DNA from: Scenedesmus sp. PABB004
Taxonomy: Eukaryota
Assembly: GCA_014905635.1 (NCBI GenBank)
Contig: JABVCE010000020.1
Location: 682,001-737,270 of the forward strand
Length of the DNA: 55,270 nucleotides
Direction of reading: 5' to 3'
The position numbers and the translations under genes are program-made. The notes beneath the pieces are model-generated. The model made no database searches. It was not told the origin of the DNA and saw only the letters and a program-made list of their open reading frames with translations. How positions within the stretch are numbered: the stretch's first letter is position 1; each line of letters starts with the position of its first letter. This document shows, piece after piece, positions 12,718 to 25,443 of the stretch.

Positions 12718-14577
12718 TCGCTTGAGCGACCGCCCAGACCGCAGCGACTGCCCAACCGGCGGGGACGCGCCTGGCGTGCGTGCGAGGGAGGCGAGCAGGC
12801 GCGGGCACACACACACACAGATCACACACAAATCACACGGCACGCGCTCACGCAGCGCGCGCCTGCATCGCGTTCTTCAAGACCTCCGTGAGCACGTACT
12901 CCACGTACGGCACCACGAGCGTCGCGGTCGCGGCCGTGTCGCCGCGCAGCACCACGTCCGGCGCGGCGCTGTTCTTCTCGACGCAGAACGCCCTGCGAGG
13001 TGAAGGTGAGGGTTCAGCGGAGGGGCGCGGCGCAGAGGGGGAGGGAGGGGAGGAGGGGGGCGTGTGGGCGGCGTCGGAGCGGTGCGGCGCGGCCGGCGCG
13101 CGCGCGCCCTCCAGCGGGCCCCGCCGCGGCGGCGGTGGCGGCGGCGCCGCGCGCGCCTGCAGTCGTCGGCCACGCCTGCGACGAGGTCGCCGAGCACCGC
13201 GTGCCGCCGCACGAGGCTCGCCGCGCGCGGCGCGCCGGGCGGCGCCGGCGGCAGCGCCTGGTGCGGCGGCGCGTAGGGCGCGGTCGGGCTCGTCGCGGCG
13301 TGGCCGGGCTCGTGGTAGTGGATCACGCGCGGCCGCGCGCCGCCGCTGCTGTCGCCGCTCCCGCTCCCGCTCCCGCCGCCGGCCGCCTCGAGCGCCGCGA
13401 GCGCCGCGCTGTGCTGCGCGAGCATCACGCGCGCTGAGAGGAGGTACCAGTGGCACAGGTCCAGCACGCGGTTGAGGTGCCGCACCTGCCGGGGCGGCGG
13501 TGCGGCGCGCGGCGTGGGCGGCGAGCTGTCTGGCGCCGCGGCCGCGCCCTCGCCGCCGCCCCCCCCCCCCCCCCCCCGCGCCGCCGCGCCGCGCCGCGCC
13601 TGCTGGCGGTCGTCCCACCAGCCGAGCGTCTCGGTCAGCGCCTGCGCGCCCGACGTGAGCCGGCCGACCTCCACCTCCAGGTGCTCCTTGAAGGTGCCCA
13701 GGTGGCTCTCAAAGTGACGCAGCCCCTCCAGGTCGTCTGCGCCGGCGCGCGGCGCGGCACGGCGGGGCGCGGCGGGGCGCGTCGGGCCGGCGGTCGCGCG
13801 GGCGCGGGCCGCCGCCGCCGCCGCGGCGCGCACGCACCCGTGCCGACGAGCCGCCAGTCCTGCGCCACCTCCAGCCCGCGCTCCTTGCTCGCGACCGTCC
13901 CCGCCAGCAGCTCGCGCAGCGCGGGGCTCGACGACGGCGGCAGCGACTGCGTGCGGCCGCGAACGCGGCGGCGGCGGCGCGGCGGCTCTACGCCGCGCCC
14001 GCGCGCCGCCAGCGGCCGCGGAGAGCCCCCCCCCAGCCCCACCGTCGCGCGCGGCCGCGCGCACGCTGAGGCGGTGGATGTGGTTCTGCAGGCGCGCCGG
14101 CAGCTGGCTCTTGAGGAACGTCGCCGAGTTGACGAGCAGCGGCAGCGACGGGTGGCGCACGAGGCTGTCCAGCTGCGTGATGGCGATCGGCTGCACGTAG
14201 TTTGGCTGCGCCAGCTGCGTGTCGTACAGGGAGACCTCCTCGGGGTCGGGGTCGGGGATGGTCCCGAAGCGGCGCCGTGCCGGCGCTGACGCGCCGGCAG
14301 CAGCGGCGGCGGCAGCGCCGCTGCCGCTGCGCGGCGCGGCGCGGGCGCCGGGCGGCGTGTGGGCGGCAGCGCGGCCGCGCGTGCGCATAGTGCTCGCTCC
14401 CATGAGCGTGATGTGCGGGGCGTGGGAGCCTGGGGCCGCCCCGCGCCGCGTGGGTCGGGGCAGCAGCAGCGCGCGGCAGCCTGGCGCGCACCTCGCGGCC
14501 CACGGCGCGGCCGCGCCCCACGAGGACGACGACGCCCGCCAGCACCGCAGGAGGAGGGCGCTTCCAGCCCCCTGCAT
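12009..14577 (-). CDS. PDK: Pyruvate dehydrogenase kinase / BCKD-kinase family protein (HATPase fold), divergent
   Basis: N box YVLTEVLKNAMQA, G1 box VTDMGHGIP, G2 box FSGIGVGVPLARVYAHFMGG, N-terminal ATFLKSQLPARL and an Arg/Ala-rich presequence. It ends ...PANGFTF-TGA at 12009. Confidence 0.8.
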
Positions 14578-14814
14578 TGCTGCTCGGGATCGTTGGCGCC
14601 GGTGCTCGGGATCGTTCAGCGGTTCCGGGCGCCGCGCTGCGCGTCGGGGTCGTGGCGGGCGGGGCGCCGCTTGCAGGCCTGGCGTCCGCACTCTCACGGG
14701 CGGCCACGATCGCGTGCCGCCGCCAGCTGCACCGCCGCCGCCGCCGGGGCGCAGGGCGCAGGGCTCGGCGGGCCGCAAACGAACGCGGATCGCCGCGCTG
14801 CGTTCGCCCTGAGC

Positions 14815-16009
14815 TCAGTCGCCCTGAGTGCACAGGCTCGGCTGCGACGCCGGCAGCCAGCAGCCAGCGTCGCTGCAGCCGCCGCCGCCGCCCAGCGCGG
14901 AGCGCGGCGCGCCCGCGCCCGTCAGCGCGCCCGCGGCCGCGAGTGCCGCGCACGCGGCCGCGAGCGGCGCCCCCGCTCCAGTGGCGCCCGCGCCCGCGAG
15001 CGGCGGCGGCTTGCACAGCGCCAGCGCCGCCTGGTCCGGCTCCGACCAGCCTGCGCGTGCGCCGGCTGCGCCTCCCTCCAGGCGCTTCTTCACGACCTTG
15101 AAGTGCACGATCTGCTCCTTCAGGGTCGCCAGCTGCCCTTGCGTGAAACCTCGCCGCACGCCCTGCCCAGCGGCGACCTGCGCAGGCGGTGCCGGCGCCT
15201 GCCCCGCAGCAGCCGGCTGCCCAGCAGCAGCAGCCGCCGACGCCGCCGCCGCCGCCGGCGCCGCCGACGCCGCCAGGCGCAGGCGGCTCTCGGCGGCAAG
15301 CTGGTGCAGCCCCGCCGCGAGCTGCTCTTCCAGCGCCGCCAGCCGCCGCTTGCCCTCGGCCTGCGCGCGGGGGTGCGCCGTGGGCGCGCCGCCCGCGCGC
15401 GCGCCCCCCCGCGCCCCCGTGCGCGCGCGTGCGCGGCGCACCAGCTCGGGCGCGACGCCGGCAGCGGAGAGCTCCTCCGCGGTGGCTCGGTTGACCGAGA
15501 CGAATGCCGCCAGCAGGCCGCGCCGCGCGTCGAGCCCCGCCAGCGCGGCGCGCGCGGCCGCCTCGAGCGAGGCGCGCAGCGCGTCGATCTGCACGACGCG
15601 CTCCGACGCGAGCGGGACGCACGCCATGAGCTCGCTGCGCCGGCACGCGAGCAGGCGCTGCCACACCGCCTGGCGGCGCGGGCGGCGGCGCGGGCGGCGC
15701 GGGCGTGGGCAGCCCGGTTGCGGCTGCGCGAGCGAGGCCCCTCGCGCGCAGCCGCGCGCACGCACCTGAAACTGCCCCGCCACCGTCCGCGCCATCGCCA
15801 GCTGCTCCGTGGCGCCCTCTGCCTCGACCGCCAGGCGGCGCAGCTCGGCGACGAGCTCCCGCTGCCGCGGCGAGCGGCGGCGCGCACGTCAGCGCGGAGC
15901 TGCTCGTGCAGTGGCGGCGGCGGCGCAGCCAGCAGGCTCGCCGCCACACCTCTTTGTCGTTGCGCCCGATCAGGGCCTGCATCTCGTCCCAGGGCACGGC
16001 GGCCGACAT
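14815..16009 (-). CDS. Helical protein with a QLQ-like domain
   Basis: Four exons from MSAAVPWDEMQ. The last contains FTQGQLATLKEQIVHFKVVKK, matching the QLQ pattern (FT..Q...L..QI..FK). Confidence 0.65.
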
Positions 16010-16350
16010 GGCGAGCAGCGGCGGCGGCGACGGGCGAGCGGCGGCGGCAGCGGCAGGCGAGCAGCGCCGGTGCGGCGCGCGCTCCGTACGGGCGCGGGGC
16101 GGCGTCACAGCGGTGCGGCCGTGCGGGAGCGGCACAGGGCGGCGCTGAGGCCAGTCGGCGCGGGCAGTTTTTGAACCGCGGCGCTGCACCGCACGCCGGT
16201 GCAGTCGCCGGCAGCGTGCGGCGATTCGCTGCACGCTTCCCAGGCTCCCGGATTGACGCGTCGGCCGCACCTCTTCGTGCGACCATCTCACCGCGCCCCT
16301 GCGCGCCCGGTCTGCAGCGCCGCCGCGAGCACTGTGCTCGCGTCCGCCGC

Positions 16351-17590
16351 ATGCTGCTGCGGGCCGGCCTGCTGCCAAGACCAATCAGTAGCCGCGCTAC
16401 CGGGGGCCAGGCGGCGCTCTGGCATGGGGGCGGCGGTGCAGCAGCAGCGGCGGCGACAGCAGCGGCAGCAGCGGCAGCGGTGCCGCCGCCGGCGCACGGC
16501 AGCATGGCCGCCCGGCGCGGCGCGGCCACCGCCGCCGCGGGGCCCAGCGGGTGCGCTTGTGTGCCGCACGCTGCAAGCCCGAGCGCCGCGCTGAGGTGGG
16601 CGCGCGGCGGCGGGCGACAGCCGACGGGCGCCTCGTCGCGTGCCGCCGCGCAGCTTCTGGACGCTCGCCGAGCCGTTCAGCCTGGAGGTGGAGGTGAAGA
16701 AGAGCCGCTTCATCACCTCCGCCTGGCCCGTGGCGACGCCCGCAGAGGTGCGCGCGGGCGGGCCCGGGGCGGCGGCGGCGGCGAGTTGCGGCGCCGGCGG
16801 CGACGCGCGGGCGCCCCGCCGGCACACGCGCGCGCGCGCGCGCGCCGCAGGCGACGGCGCGCATCGCCGGCGCGTCGCGACCCGACGCGAGCCACAACTG
16901 CTGGGCGTTCCGCGTCGCCGGCAGCGCGCGCAGCAGCGACGACGGCGAGCCGGGCGGCACCGCGGGCCGGCCGATCCTGGGCGTGATCGAGGGCGGCGGC
17001 CTGGACGGCGTGGCGGTGCTCGTCACGCGGTGCGTGGGCCGCCGCCCCGCGCGCGGCGCCGCGCGCGCGAGGGGCCATGCGCGCGCGCGCGGGGGCGCGG
17101 CCGCGCCGGGGGGCTCACACCGCCCCGCGCGGTGCGCCCGCGGCCCGGGGCAGCTACTTTGGCGGCACCAAGCTCGGCGCCGGGGGCCTGGTCCGCGCGT
17201 ACGGCGGCGCCGCGCGCGACTGCCTGCGCGCGGCGCCAAAAGTCTTCGTCCGGGCGCAGGTGCGGCGCGCGCGCGGCGTGCCCCGCCCCTGGCGCCTGCG
17301 CCGCGCGCCAGCACGCCGCCCCGACACCGCGCGTCGCCGCCCGCGCGGCGGCGCAGGCGCGCCTGGAGGTCGTCGCCGCGTTTGAGCACCTGGGCGCTGT
17401 GTACGGGCAGCTGTCGCGGCACGGCGCGGCCGCGGGCGGGTCGGACGACGTCACGCCGCGCGGGGAGGTGCGCCTGGTGGTGACCGTCGACGCCGACGCG
17501 GCGGCGGCGCTCACGGCGGCGATCGCCGACGCCACGAGCGGCGCGGTGACGCCGCGGCCGCTCGAGCCCGACGACGGCGGCGGCGGCTGA
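16351..17590 (+). CDS. IMPACT/YigZ (UPF0029) family protein with a probable organellar transit peptide
   Basis: [31 protein letters not shown] and [20 protein letters not shown] motifs; stop at 17590. Confidence 0.92.
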
Positions 17591-18279
17591 CGGCGCGCCC
17601 GGGGCACGCGTGCGGGGCACGCTCGGCGCGCTGCGAGACGCGCGGGGGCCCGACCGGCGGCGGCGCGGCAACGACGGGCCTGAGGCTTGCCGCTCACCGA
17701 CACCCCCACACACACCCCCGGGGAGCGCTGGCCCGCCGGCGTCACCGGGCACGCCGCTGACCGCGCTGCGGGCAGCTGCGGGGGTTCAGCGCACCGGGCG
17801 GCGGCCGCGCGCGCGACGTCTCCGTGTCGGCCCGGGCCAGGCAGCAGTCAGGAGCGCGATCAGCGCGCCAGACGACGCCTCACGGGGCGCTTGGGCTTCT
17901 TCTTCTGAACGCCCGCGCACCTCGCGCTATCGCTGCAAACGCCGGTCGCCCAGCAGCGCCAGGACGCACAGGAGGGCTGTGGGGCACAGCGCGGGACCGC
18001 GCGCGAGCGGGCGGCGCCGGGGCGGCCGCGGCAATCGCGCAGCAGCGGCCCGGGCGCGCAGGGAGGGGCGCGGGAGCCGCCCCAGGGCAGCGAGTCGAGC
18101 GGCGCGATCCAGGTGCGCGGCTTCGGCGTGCGGGCAGGCAGGCCGGGCAGGCAGGCCGCGCCGCTGGCCAGGCGGCAGCGCTGCGCCCCGGCCGGCCGCC
18201 CGCCAGCAGCGCGCGCCCGCCCGAGCCCGGCTGAGCCCGACGCGCGCTGGCCGTGCCGCCCGGCGCGGGCCCGCAGGCG

Positions 18280-19489
18280 ATGGCGGCGCGGCACCACGCG
18301 CCGCCGCTGCTCGGCGCGACGCGGCGCCTCCGCGCGCCCCGCCTCGTCTACGTCGCGGCGGCGCTGCTGCTCCTGGGCGGCTGCCTGCAGCGCCAGACCC
18401 CCCCCCTGGCCGCCGCGCAGGCGGCAGGCGGCGAGGGCCCGGCGCCCGGCGGCGGCGGGGGTGACCGGAGTGTCGCCGCCGGGCGTCGACGCGCCCGCCG
18501 CGTCGCCGCTGCCGTCGCCGGCGGCAGCGGCGGCGGGCGGGCCCGCTGACGCGGCCGGCGCGGCGAGCCCGCAGCCGGCGGCGGCCGGCGCGGTCACGCC
18601 GCCGGCCAGCACCGCGCCGGCCGGCAGCGCCACCACAACCGCGCCGGCCGGCGGCGCCACCACGACCGCGCCGGCCGGCGGCGCCGCCGCGACCGCGCCG
18701 GCCGGCAGCGCCACCACAACCGCGCCGGCCGGCGGCGCCACCACGACCGCGCCGGCCGGCGGCGCCGCCGCGACCGCGCCGGCCGGCCGCAACGGCACCA
18801 ACGCGACGGCGCCGGCCGCGACCAACGCGGCGGGCGGTCCGCCCGCTGCGGTCGCGCCGGCCGATGCGGCGGTGGAGGGCCCGAACCGCACCGACGTGGG
18901 GTACGTCATCCCGCTGCCGGACGAGACCGCGATCGACGGCCTCTCGCCCGGGAGGACGACTGCAAGCTCATGTCGGCGCTCCTCGCCGCGATGGGCGCGT
19001 CGGCGCCGCCCGCGTGCGGCGCCGGCGACGGCCCCGCCGCCGCCGCGCCCGGCGGCGCGCCCGCGCCGGCGGCGCGCCCGGCGCCGGCGGCGCGGCGGGG
19101 CAGGCGTTCCGCAGCGTCTCGCGCGCCGGCGACGCCGCCGCAGCGCGGCGCAGCGGCAACACCGCGCGCGGCGGCATGTTCACGACGTCCGCGGGCGCCT
19201 CGTTCTGCGTGAGCCCCGAGGGCGCGGCCGAGGTGGCGCTGCAGGACGCGGCGCTCGCGTTTGCGAGCGTGACCGAGTTCCAGCGGACCCTGCCGGACAT
19301 CGTCGACCCCGCGTGTGACGACCCCGCCGCGGTCACGCGCCCGGGCTGCCCCGGCCCGCGTCCCGCGCCGCTGCGCGCCGTCTTTGCCGAGGACGGCGTC
19401 GGCGACGGCGAGGGCGACGGCGCGGTCGACGCGCCCGGCGCGTCGCCGTCGCCGGCGCCGGAGGGCCAGGCCGGCGGCGCGGAGGCCGC

Positions 19490-19529
<40 letters not shown>

Positions 19530-22500
19530 GAGCCCATCGACATGCGCAACTGCAGCCGCCGCTTCACGCGGGTGCGGCGGGCGCCGTCACTCGCGCAGAG
19601 CCGCGGGCCGCCGCGAGCCGCCGCGCGCGCGGGCGCAACTGAGCGCCGCCCGCGCCGCCCGCGCCGCCCGCGCCGTCCGCGCGCCGCGCGCCGCGCCCGC
19701 CAGGTGGGCTCGCAGCCGCGCAGCGTCGCGATCGTGCTGCTGCGCTGGGGGCGCGAGTATTACAAGAGCAAGGCCGACTGCTGCAAGGAGCAGGGCGACA
19801 AGCCCGACTGTGCGTGGCCGCCCTCAAAGCAGCACGCAGCAGCGCTGCCGCGCCGCGCGTGCGCCGTGCGCCGCGCGTGCGCCGCGCCGCCGACCCGCCC
19901 GCCGGCGCCGCGCGCGCGCCGCGCGCAGGCGACTGCGAGTGGGGCGGGCACCGCTGGGACGCGCTGCCGCCGCCGTCGGCCTACAGCCGCCTCTTCACGG
20001 ATGAGTGTGACATGGGGCCGTCGCTCAACCGGGTGCGCGCCGCGCCGCGCCGCACGTCGCGTCGCGTCCCCCCGCCCGCCTGCCTGCGCCGCCGCGGCGG
20101 CCCCTCGCGCCACCCCCCGCCCCGCGCGCCCCGCGCCGCGCCGCGCGCCGCACGCTCGGCCGCCCCGCCGCCTTCCCGCGCGCACTCACCCACGCGCCCT
20201 CGCGCCCTCGCGCCCTAAACCACCACGGCAGGCCTACTACGACAACAGCGCCGGCCGCATCACCTTCCACTCCCGCCTGCGCGTGCCCGTGCCCTGGGAC
20301 GAGCCGCTCAGCCGCGACGACGACGCCGTCTCGGCCGCCGCGTCGGGCGCGAGCCCCGCGCCCGACGGCGCGCCGCCGCCGCCGCCGTCGCCGTCGCCCG
20401 AGCCCTACGTCGTCCCGCCGGACCCGCAGGCGCGCGCCGCGCGCCGCGCCCGCGCTCGCAACACGCCCGCGCACGCGCCGCGCCCGCGCCGCGCTTGGCT
20501 CAGCTGCCCCTGTGCTCACACTCACGGCTCACCCCGCGCCCCGGCCGTCGCGTCGCGCCGCGCCCGCAGGTGTTTGAGCACGCCTACCTCGACCCCGGCG
20601 GCGTCGACGTGTATGGCTGGGCCAACCTCACCGGCATGCGCGACGACGCGGGGCAGTGCAGGCGCGGCGCGGCGCGGCGCGGCTGTTGCCCGCGGGGCCG
20701 CGCTGCGGCTCGCCCCCGCCTCCCTCCCTCTCCCGCCTCTGCCTCTCTCCCTGTCCCTCTCCCTCTCTCATGCGGCTCGCCGGCGTGGCGCGTCTGTTCA
20801 CCTCACCCCCCGCGCCACCGCGCCGACCGCCCACTCACCCACCCACCCACCCGCCCACCCCACAGGGACTGGTGCGGCGAGGCGCTGGCGCAGCTCAACG
20901 TGACCGCGCGCGACTACAACCACATCGTCTGCCTCCAGCTCCTCGCGTCAAAGGCGCTCTGCGACGTCTGCGCCGACGGCGCGTGCATTGGCACCTGCCC
21001 CGCCGACACCGGCATCACCACAGTGCGGCGCGCGGCGCGCGCGCCGGCGGCGCGCCGCTGTGTTGCTGCGGAGGGGGGTGCCGCGTGGCGCGCGCGTGCG
21101 TCGCCCGCGCGGCCGGGCGTGTGAGGGCGCCGCCGCCGACTCAAATCACTGCCAACCCACCGCCGCGCCGCGCCGCCGCGTCCCCAGGGGTGCGGGTGCG
21201 CGACCTGCTACTACGCGTGGGGCGGGCAGACGAGCTGCAACAAGCCCGCGCCGCCGGGCATCCGCACCGGGCTCGGCGCGTGGGCCAACACGTACGACGG
21301 CGCGCTCGCCGACGCGGCGGGCGGCGCGTTTGTGCGCGTCACGCAGGGTGAGCCCGGCGGCGCGGCGCGGGGGCGCCGTCCGGGGGTGCGGCCGCGGCCG
21401 TTTGACCGTCGTTTGACCGCCATCTGACGGCCACTTGACCGCCGTTTGACCGCAGGCGTGAAGATGTACATGGCCCACGAGGTGTGTGTGGGGGGGGGGG
21501 GAGCCTGGCGGAGCGGCTGCGTTAGCTGCGGCGGCCGCGCGCAGCCGCGGCCGGGCCTGCCCGCGCGATGCCCTGCCCGGCCGCCCCAACCCCTGAACCC
21601 CTAAACCCTGCGGGGCCCTCCCTGCCTGGCCCCCTCCCGCAGATCGGCCACAACATGGGCCTCACCCACACCGGCGGCGTGACCTGCCCGGTCGAGGGCG
21701 ACACGACGGTGCTGCGCGACCCCACGCGCTGCACGCCCGACTGGTGCGCACGCGCGCGCGCCGCGCCGCGCGCGCGCGGGCGCCGCGCTCGGCCGCGAGC
21801 GGCGCTGGGCCCCGCCCTAAACCCTCGGCCCCCCGCGTCCAGGTACGGCGACCGCACGTCATTCATGGGCAGCGGGCTCACGCTGCAGATCCCCAACGCA
21901 ATAAAGTACAAGGTGAACATACCATGATATCAATGAAACGTCAGAGATTTGAACGGACGTTCAAGCGGCTCGTGCTGCGTTTGGTTGTTGGTGCCGCCCG
22001 ACGCGCGCGCCCACGCACGCGCACACGCCCCGCCCGCGCGCAGGTCCGCTGGCTGCCGCGCAGCACGATGCGCGTGCACCCGCTGGGGTCGGAGCAGAGC
22101 TACGTCCTGCGCCCCGCGACCGCGCGGCGGCCGAGCTGGCAGGACCTCAGCGGCGGCGCCGGCGGCAGCACGCGCGTGCGCTGGTTCAGCAGGCGCGACG
22201 TGCTGACCGTGCGCATCCCCATCGCGGGGAACGACCCCGTCGCACCCATCAGCAGCTTCACCTGCCCCTGCAACCCCCGCGCCGACACGGGCGGCGCGTG
22301 CCCCGCGTGCGCCAAGCCGACCGCGCCCGGCGCGGCAAACCCGTGCGGCGGCGGGCCGTGCTGCACCGACCCGGCGTGCGCCGACGGGAGCCTAAAGTGA
22401 GCTGGGCCCGGCGCCCGCGCGGCGCCGCGCGCCTCGCGGGCCCTGCCCCGCGCGCGCCACACCAGCCCTCAACGCCTCTCTCTCTCTCTTCCAATCTCCA

Positions 22501-22994
22501 TAACCCCGCCAAACCCTAACCCCGCCGCCCCGCCCGCCCCCTTAACCCCTAAACCCAGCTGGCTGTACGTCGAGCTGCACCAGCCCTACCGCGACGACTA
22601 TGGCGCGAGCTACCGCGGCGTCGCGGTGCGCATGATGGGCGAGCTGAACAACTGCACCTCCACGCGCGCGGTGCCGACGCACGCAGAGGCGGTGCGTGCG
22701 CGCGCCGCGCTCGCCGCTCCGCTCGCTGCGCGCCTCGGCCGCTGGCGCGCCCCGGCCCTGCGCCCTGCTGCGCCCTCTCTCCCTCGGCGCGCCAGGGCGC
22801 GCCGAGCCCTGAACCCTGAACCCCGGGGCGCCTTCTGCGCAAAACCCCCGCAGGGCCAGCTGCGGTACCTGCTCAACACGCCCGACCCGACCGGCGTGAA
22901 GCCGGGCAGCAAGTTTGAGGACCCGCTGCGCCGCGTGCGCATCGTGCTGGAGGCGTGGGAGGGCAGCCGCGCGCTCGTTCGCATCAGCGCGTGA
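18280..22994 (+). CDS. Gametolysin-like peptidase M11 (metzincin), secreted, with Thr/Ala/Pro-rich and Cys-rich segments
   Basis: The spliced zinc motif reads MAHE|IGHNMGLTH (intron ~21482-21642), followed by Met-turn YGDRTSFMG. There is a hydrophobic N-terminal signal (LVYVAAALLLLGG) and SP repeats. The 5' part needs three 1-bp frame changes. Confidence 0.8.
18608..18790 (+). repeat. Coding tandem repeat, 27-bp units (TAPAG[S/G]A[T/A][T/A]) in an 81-bp higher-order duplication
   Basis: TAPAGSATT-TAPAGGATT-TAPAGGAAA occurs twice. Confidence 0.85.
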
Positions 22995-23440
22995 CGCGGC
23001 GGCGCCGTGAGCAACGAAACGCCTTCGTTCGTTTTTGGGTTGTTCTTGGACCGGCGGCCGGCGGCGCTGTCCCGATCGATTGCCCGCGCAGCGCGGCGCG
23101 GCTGTCCAGGTGTCACAGGCAGTCACTGGGTGTGGGCTGAGCACGAGGCGGGGGCCGCTGCGCCAAGCCCGGGGGGGGGGGGGGATGATCAGACCCACGG
23201 GAGGCTTCAGGGCGCACTGCTGTTTGCAGCGGCCTCCACCGCTGAGGGGCGAAGCACCGGCGGACAGCGGCACTGGCGATCGGTGGTTAACTGCGCACGT
23301 TGCGAGCGCTCCTCCGCCGGCCCAGCTCCCAACGCAACCCAACGCCGCCGACCTGAGCGCGCGCACGTGCAGCGCCCGCCCCTGTAGCCCCGCCCCTCCG
23401 CGGCATCCGCGGCGCGGCGCCGGTGACGCTGGACCAGGCC

Positions 23441-25153
23441 TCAGGGCTGGGGCTGCAGGACGTAGGCTGTGACGCTGCCGCCCTGCGACCCCAGCGCCGC
23501 GCGCACCTGCGCGGCGGCAGCGGCAGCGTGCCGCTCGGGCCCCGCACCGCACCGCCCGCCGTGCACGCGCGCGCGCGCGCGCGCCCGCGCCCGCGCCCGC
23601 GCCCTGGCGCCGCGCCGCACGGGCAGGCCCCCGCGCGGCGGCGCGCCGCGCGCCCGCCGCACCTCCTGCAGGCGGCCGAGGTGGCGCAGCAGCATGAGCA
23701 GGCTGCGGCCGCTCTTGTCGAGCTTGACGCCGCCCCCGCCGCCGCGCAGCTCCGACTCGGCAAACCAGAAGCGCCCGCGCGCGCCCTCCTTTTGCTGCGC
23801 CGCCGCGCGGCGCGCGGGCAGGCATGGGCGTGGGCGCGGGCACAGGCGGCGGGCGGCGCGGCGCTCAGCTCCGCGTGGCGCGCGGGCCTCGCCCGCCCCC
23901 GCTCGGCCCCTGGGAGGGTCTGCCCTCCCCTGCATCCAACGCATCCACCCTCACACGCCCCAACCCGCAGCCCGCAGCCCCGCGCGGCTCACCGCCACGG
24001 AGTGATAGAGCTCGTGCAGGCGCGCCCGCTCCTCCGCGGCGACGCGGGAGAGCTGGTTGCGCGCGACCGACGCCATGCCGCGCGCGCACGCCTCGGACAG
24101 CCCCGCGACCTCGTCCAGCGCCGCGTTGACCTGCGCGGCGACGGCGACGCGCCGGCGGCACATCCCGCGGCCGTGTGGGGCGCCGCGCACACGCTGCGCC
24201 CCGCAGCTCCGTAGCTAACGGAGCTGGCAGCGGCGCGCTGCTGGCGCGCAGCCCAGCGCCGCACCCGCTCAAGCGTGAGCCGGCCCCGCATGTAGCTGGG
24301 CACGGACGCGAGCTCGCTGGCGGTGACGTACCAGCGCGGCGCCGCGCCGACAGCCGCGACGCCGCCGCCGGCGCCGCCCGGCGCGGGCGCGCCCTCGCGG
24401 CGGCGGCCGCGGTCGGGCGCCCTGCCGCCGGCGTCGTCGCGCGCGCTCGCCGCGCTGCCCGCGGCGCCCGCGCCCGCCGCCGCCGCGCCGGCGGCGGCGG
24501 CCGCCGCCTGCTTGGCCGCGGCGCTGGGCTGCGCGCCCGGCAGGTGCGCCGGCAGGCCACCCGCGATCTGCGCGAGGTGCTGCTGCTGCTGCTGCGCCGC
24601 CGCCAGCAGTGCGCGCGCCTTTGGCACGGCGGCCATCTCCTGCTGCGTGCGCGCGCGCAGCTCGTCGCAGAGCTGCTCCAGCGCGCGCACGCTCGCCTGC
24701 GGCGCGGCGGCGGCCGGCGTCAGGCGCGCGGCCGGCGCTGAGACGGCAGATGCGGCTGCGACTGCGGCGAGTGCGCCGCCGGCCGGCAGCGGCTGGCGGT
24801 CCGGGCGGCGCTGCGCCGCGGCACGACTGTCGCGCCGCCGCACCGAGATGCCCTGGATGTCGCGCACGAAGATGTGCTTGACGCTGTCTGCGGGGCGGTG
24901 CCGCGCCGCGCGGCGTGAGGCCAGGGGGCCAGCGGCGGCACGCGCGCGCCGGCAGCAGGCCGGAGCGCGGCGCACCCTCGACGCGGAAGCACACGAGCTG
25001 CTGCAGCTCCGCGATGCGCTGGCCGAAGGCCGCCGTCATGGCGGCGAAGGAGCTGCCGCCGTCGTCCGCGTTCTCGTCCGCAAACGCGCGCTCCGTCGCC
25101 GCGCTCGCGCGCAGCAGCGCCGCGCCGCCGGCGGCGCCGGCGGCGAGCGCCAT
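23441..25153 (-). CDS. SKA1: Spindle and kinetochore-associated protein 1
   Basis: RIAELQQLV, WYVTASELASVPSYMRGRLTLER|VNAALDE and FWFAESEL...KLDKSGRSLLMLLRHLGRLQE match the SKA1 C-terminal microtubule-binding domain. Confidence 0.9.
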
Positions 25154-25438
25154 GCCGCGGCGGTGGCTGCGGAGGGCGTGCGGGCGCGGGCCTCTGCCGT
25201 CAGGTGACACTCACGGGCGCGCCGGGGCCAGAGCAGGGCGGCGCGGGCGGCGCCAACAACTGCACGGCCAGGCGGTTGTGGCGCTCCGGGCGGCCGGCAG
25301 CTCGTGCGCGGGCGACAGGCGGACCGGTGCGAGCCAGGCGGAGCGACTGGCGGCGCGGGGCAGCGGGGCGCGAGGGCTGTCAAGATTGCTTTCAAACGCG
25401 CGGCGGCGTGACCCGACGCGCGGCGCCGAAACGCAACT

Positions 25439-25443
25439 TTACA
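25439..25443 (-). promoter_or_regulatory. TGTAA chlorophyte poly(A) signal, CCCH gene 3' UTR
   Basis: TTACA on + about 520 bp downstream of the CCCH stop. Confidence 0.55.

Noticed and set aside
21913..21970. AT-rich intron patch with a small hairpin, possible snoRNA
   Set aside because: No convincing C/D or H/ACA box pair.
25391..25396. TTTGAA (CHR-like) element upstream of SKA1, also at ~16170
   Set aside because: A 6-mer alone is too weak, and it also occurs in exons and introns.
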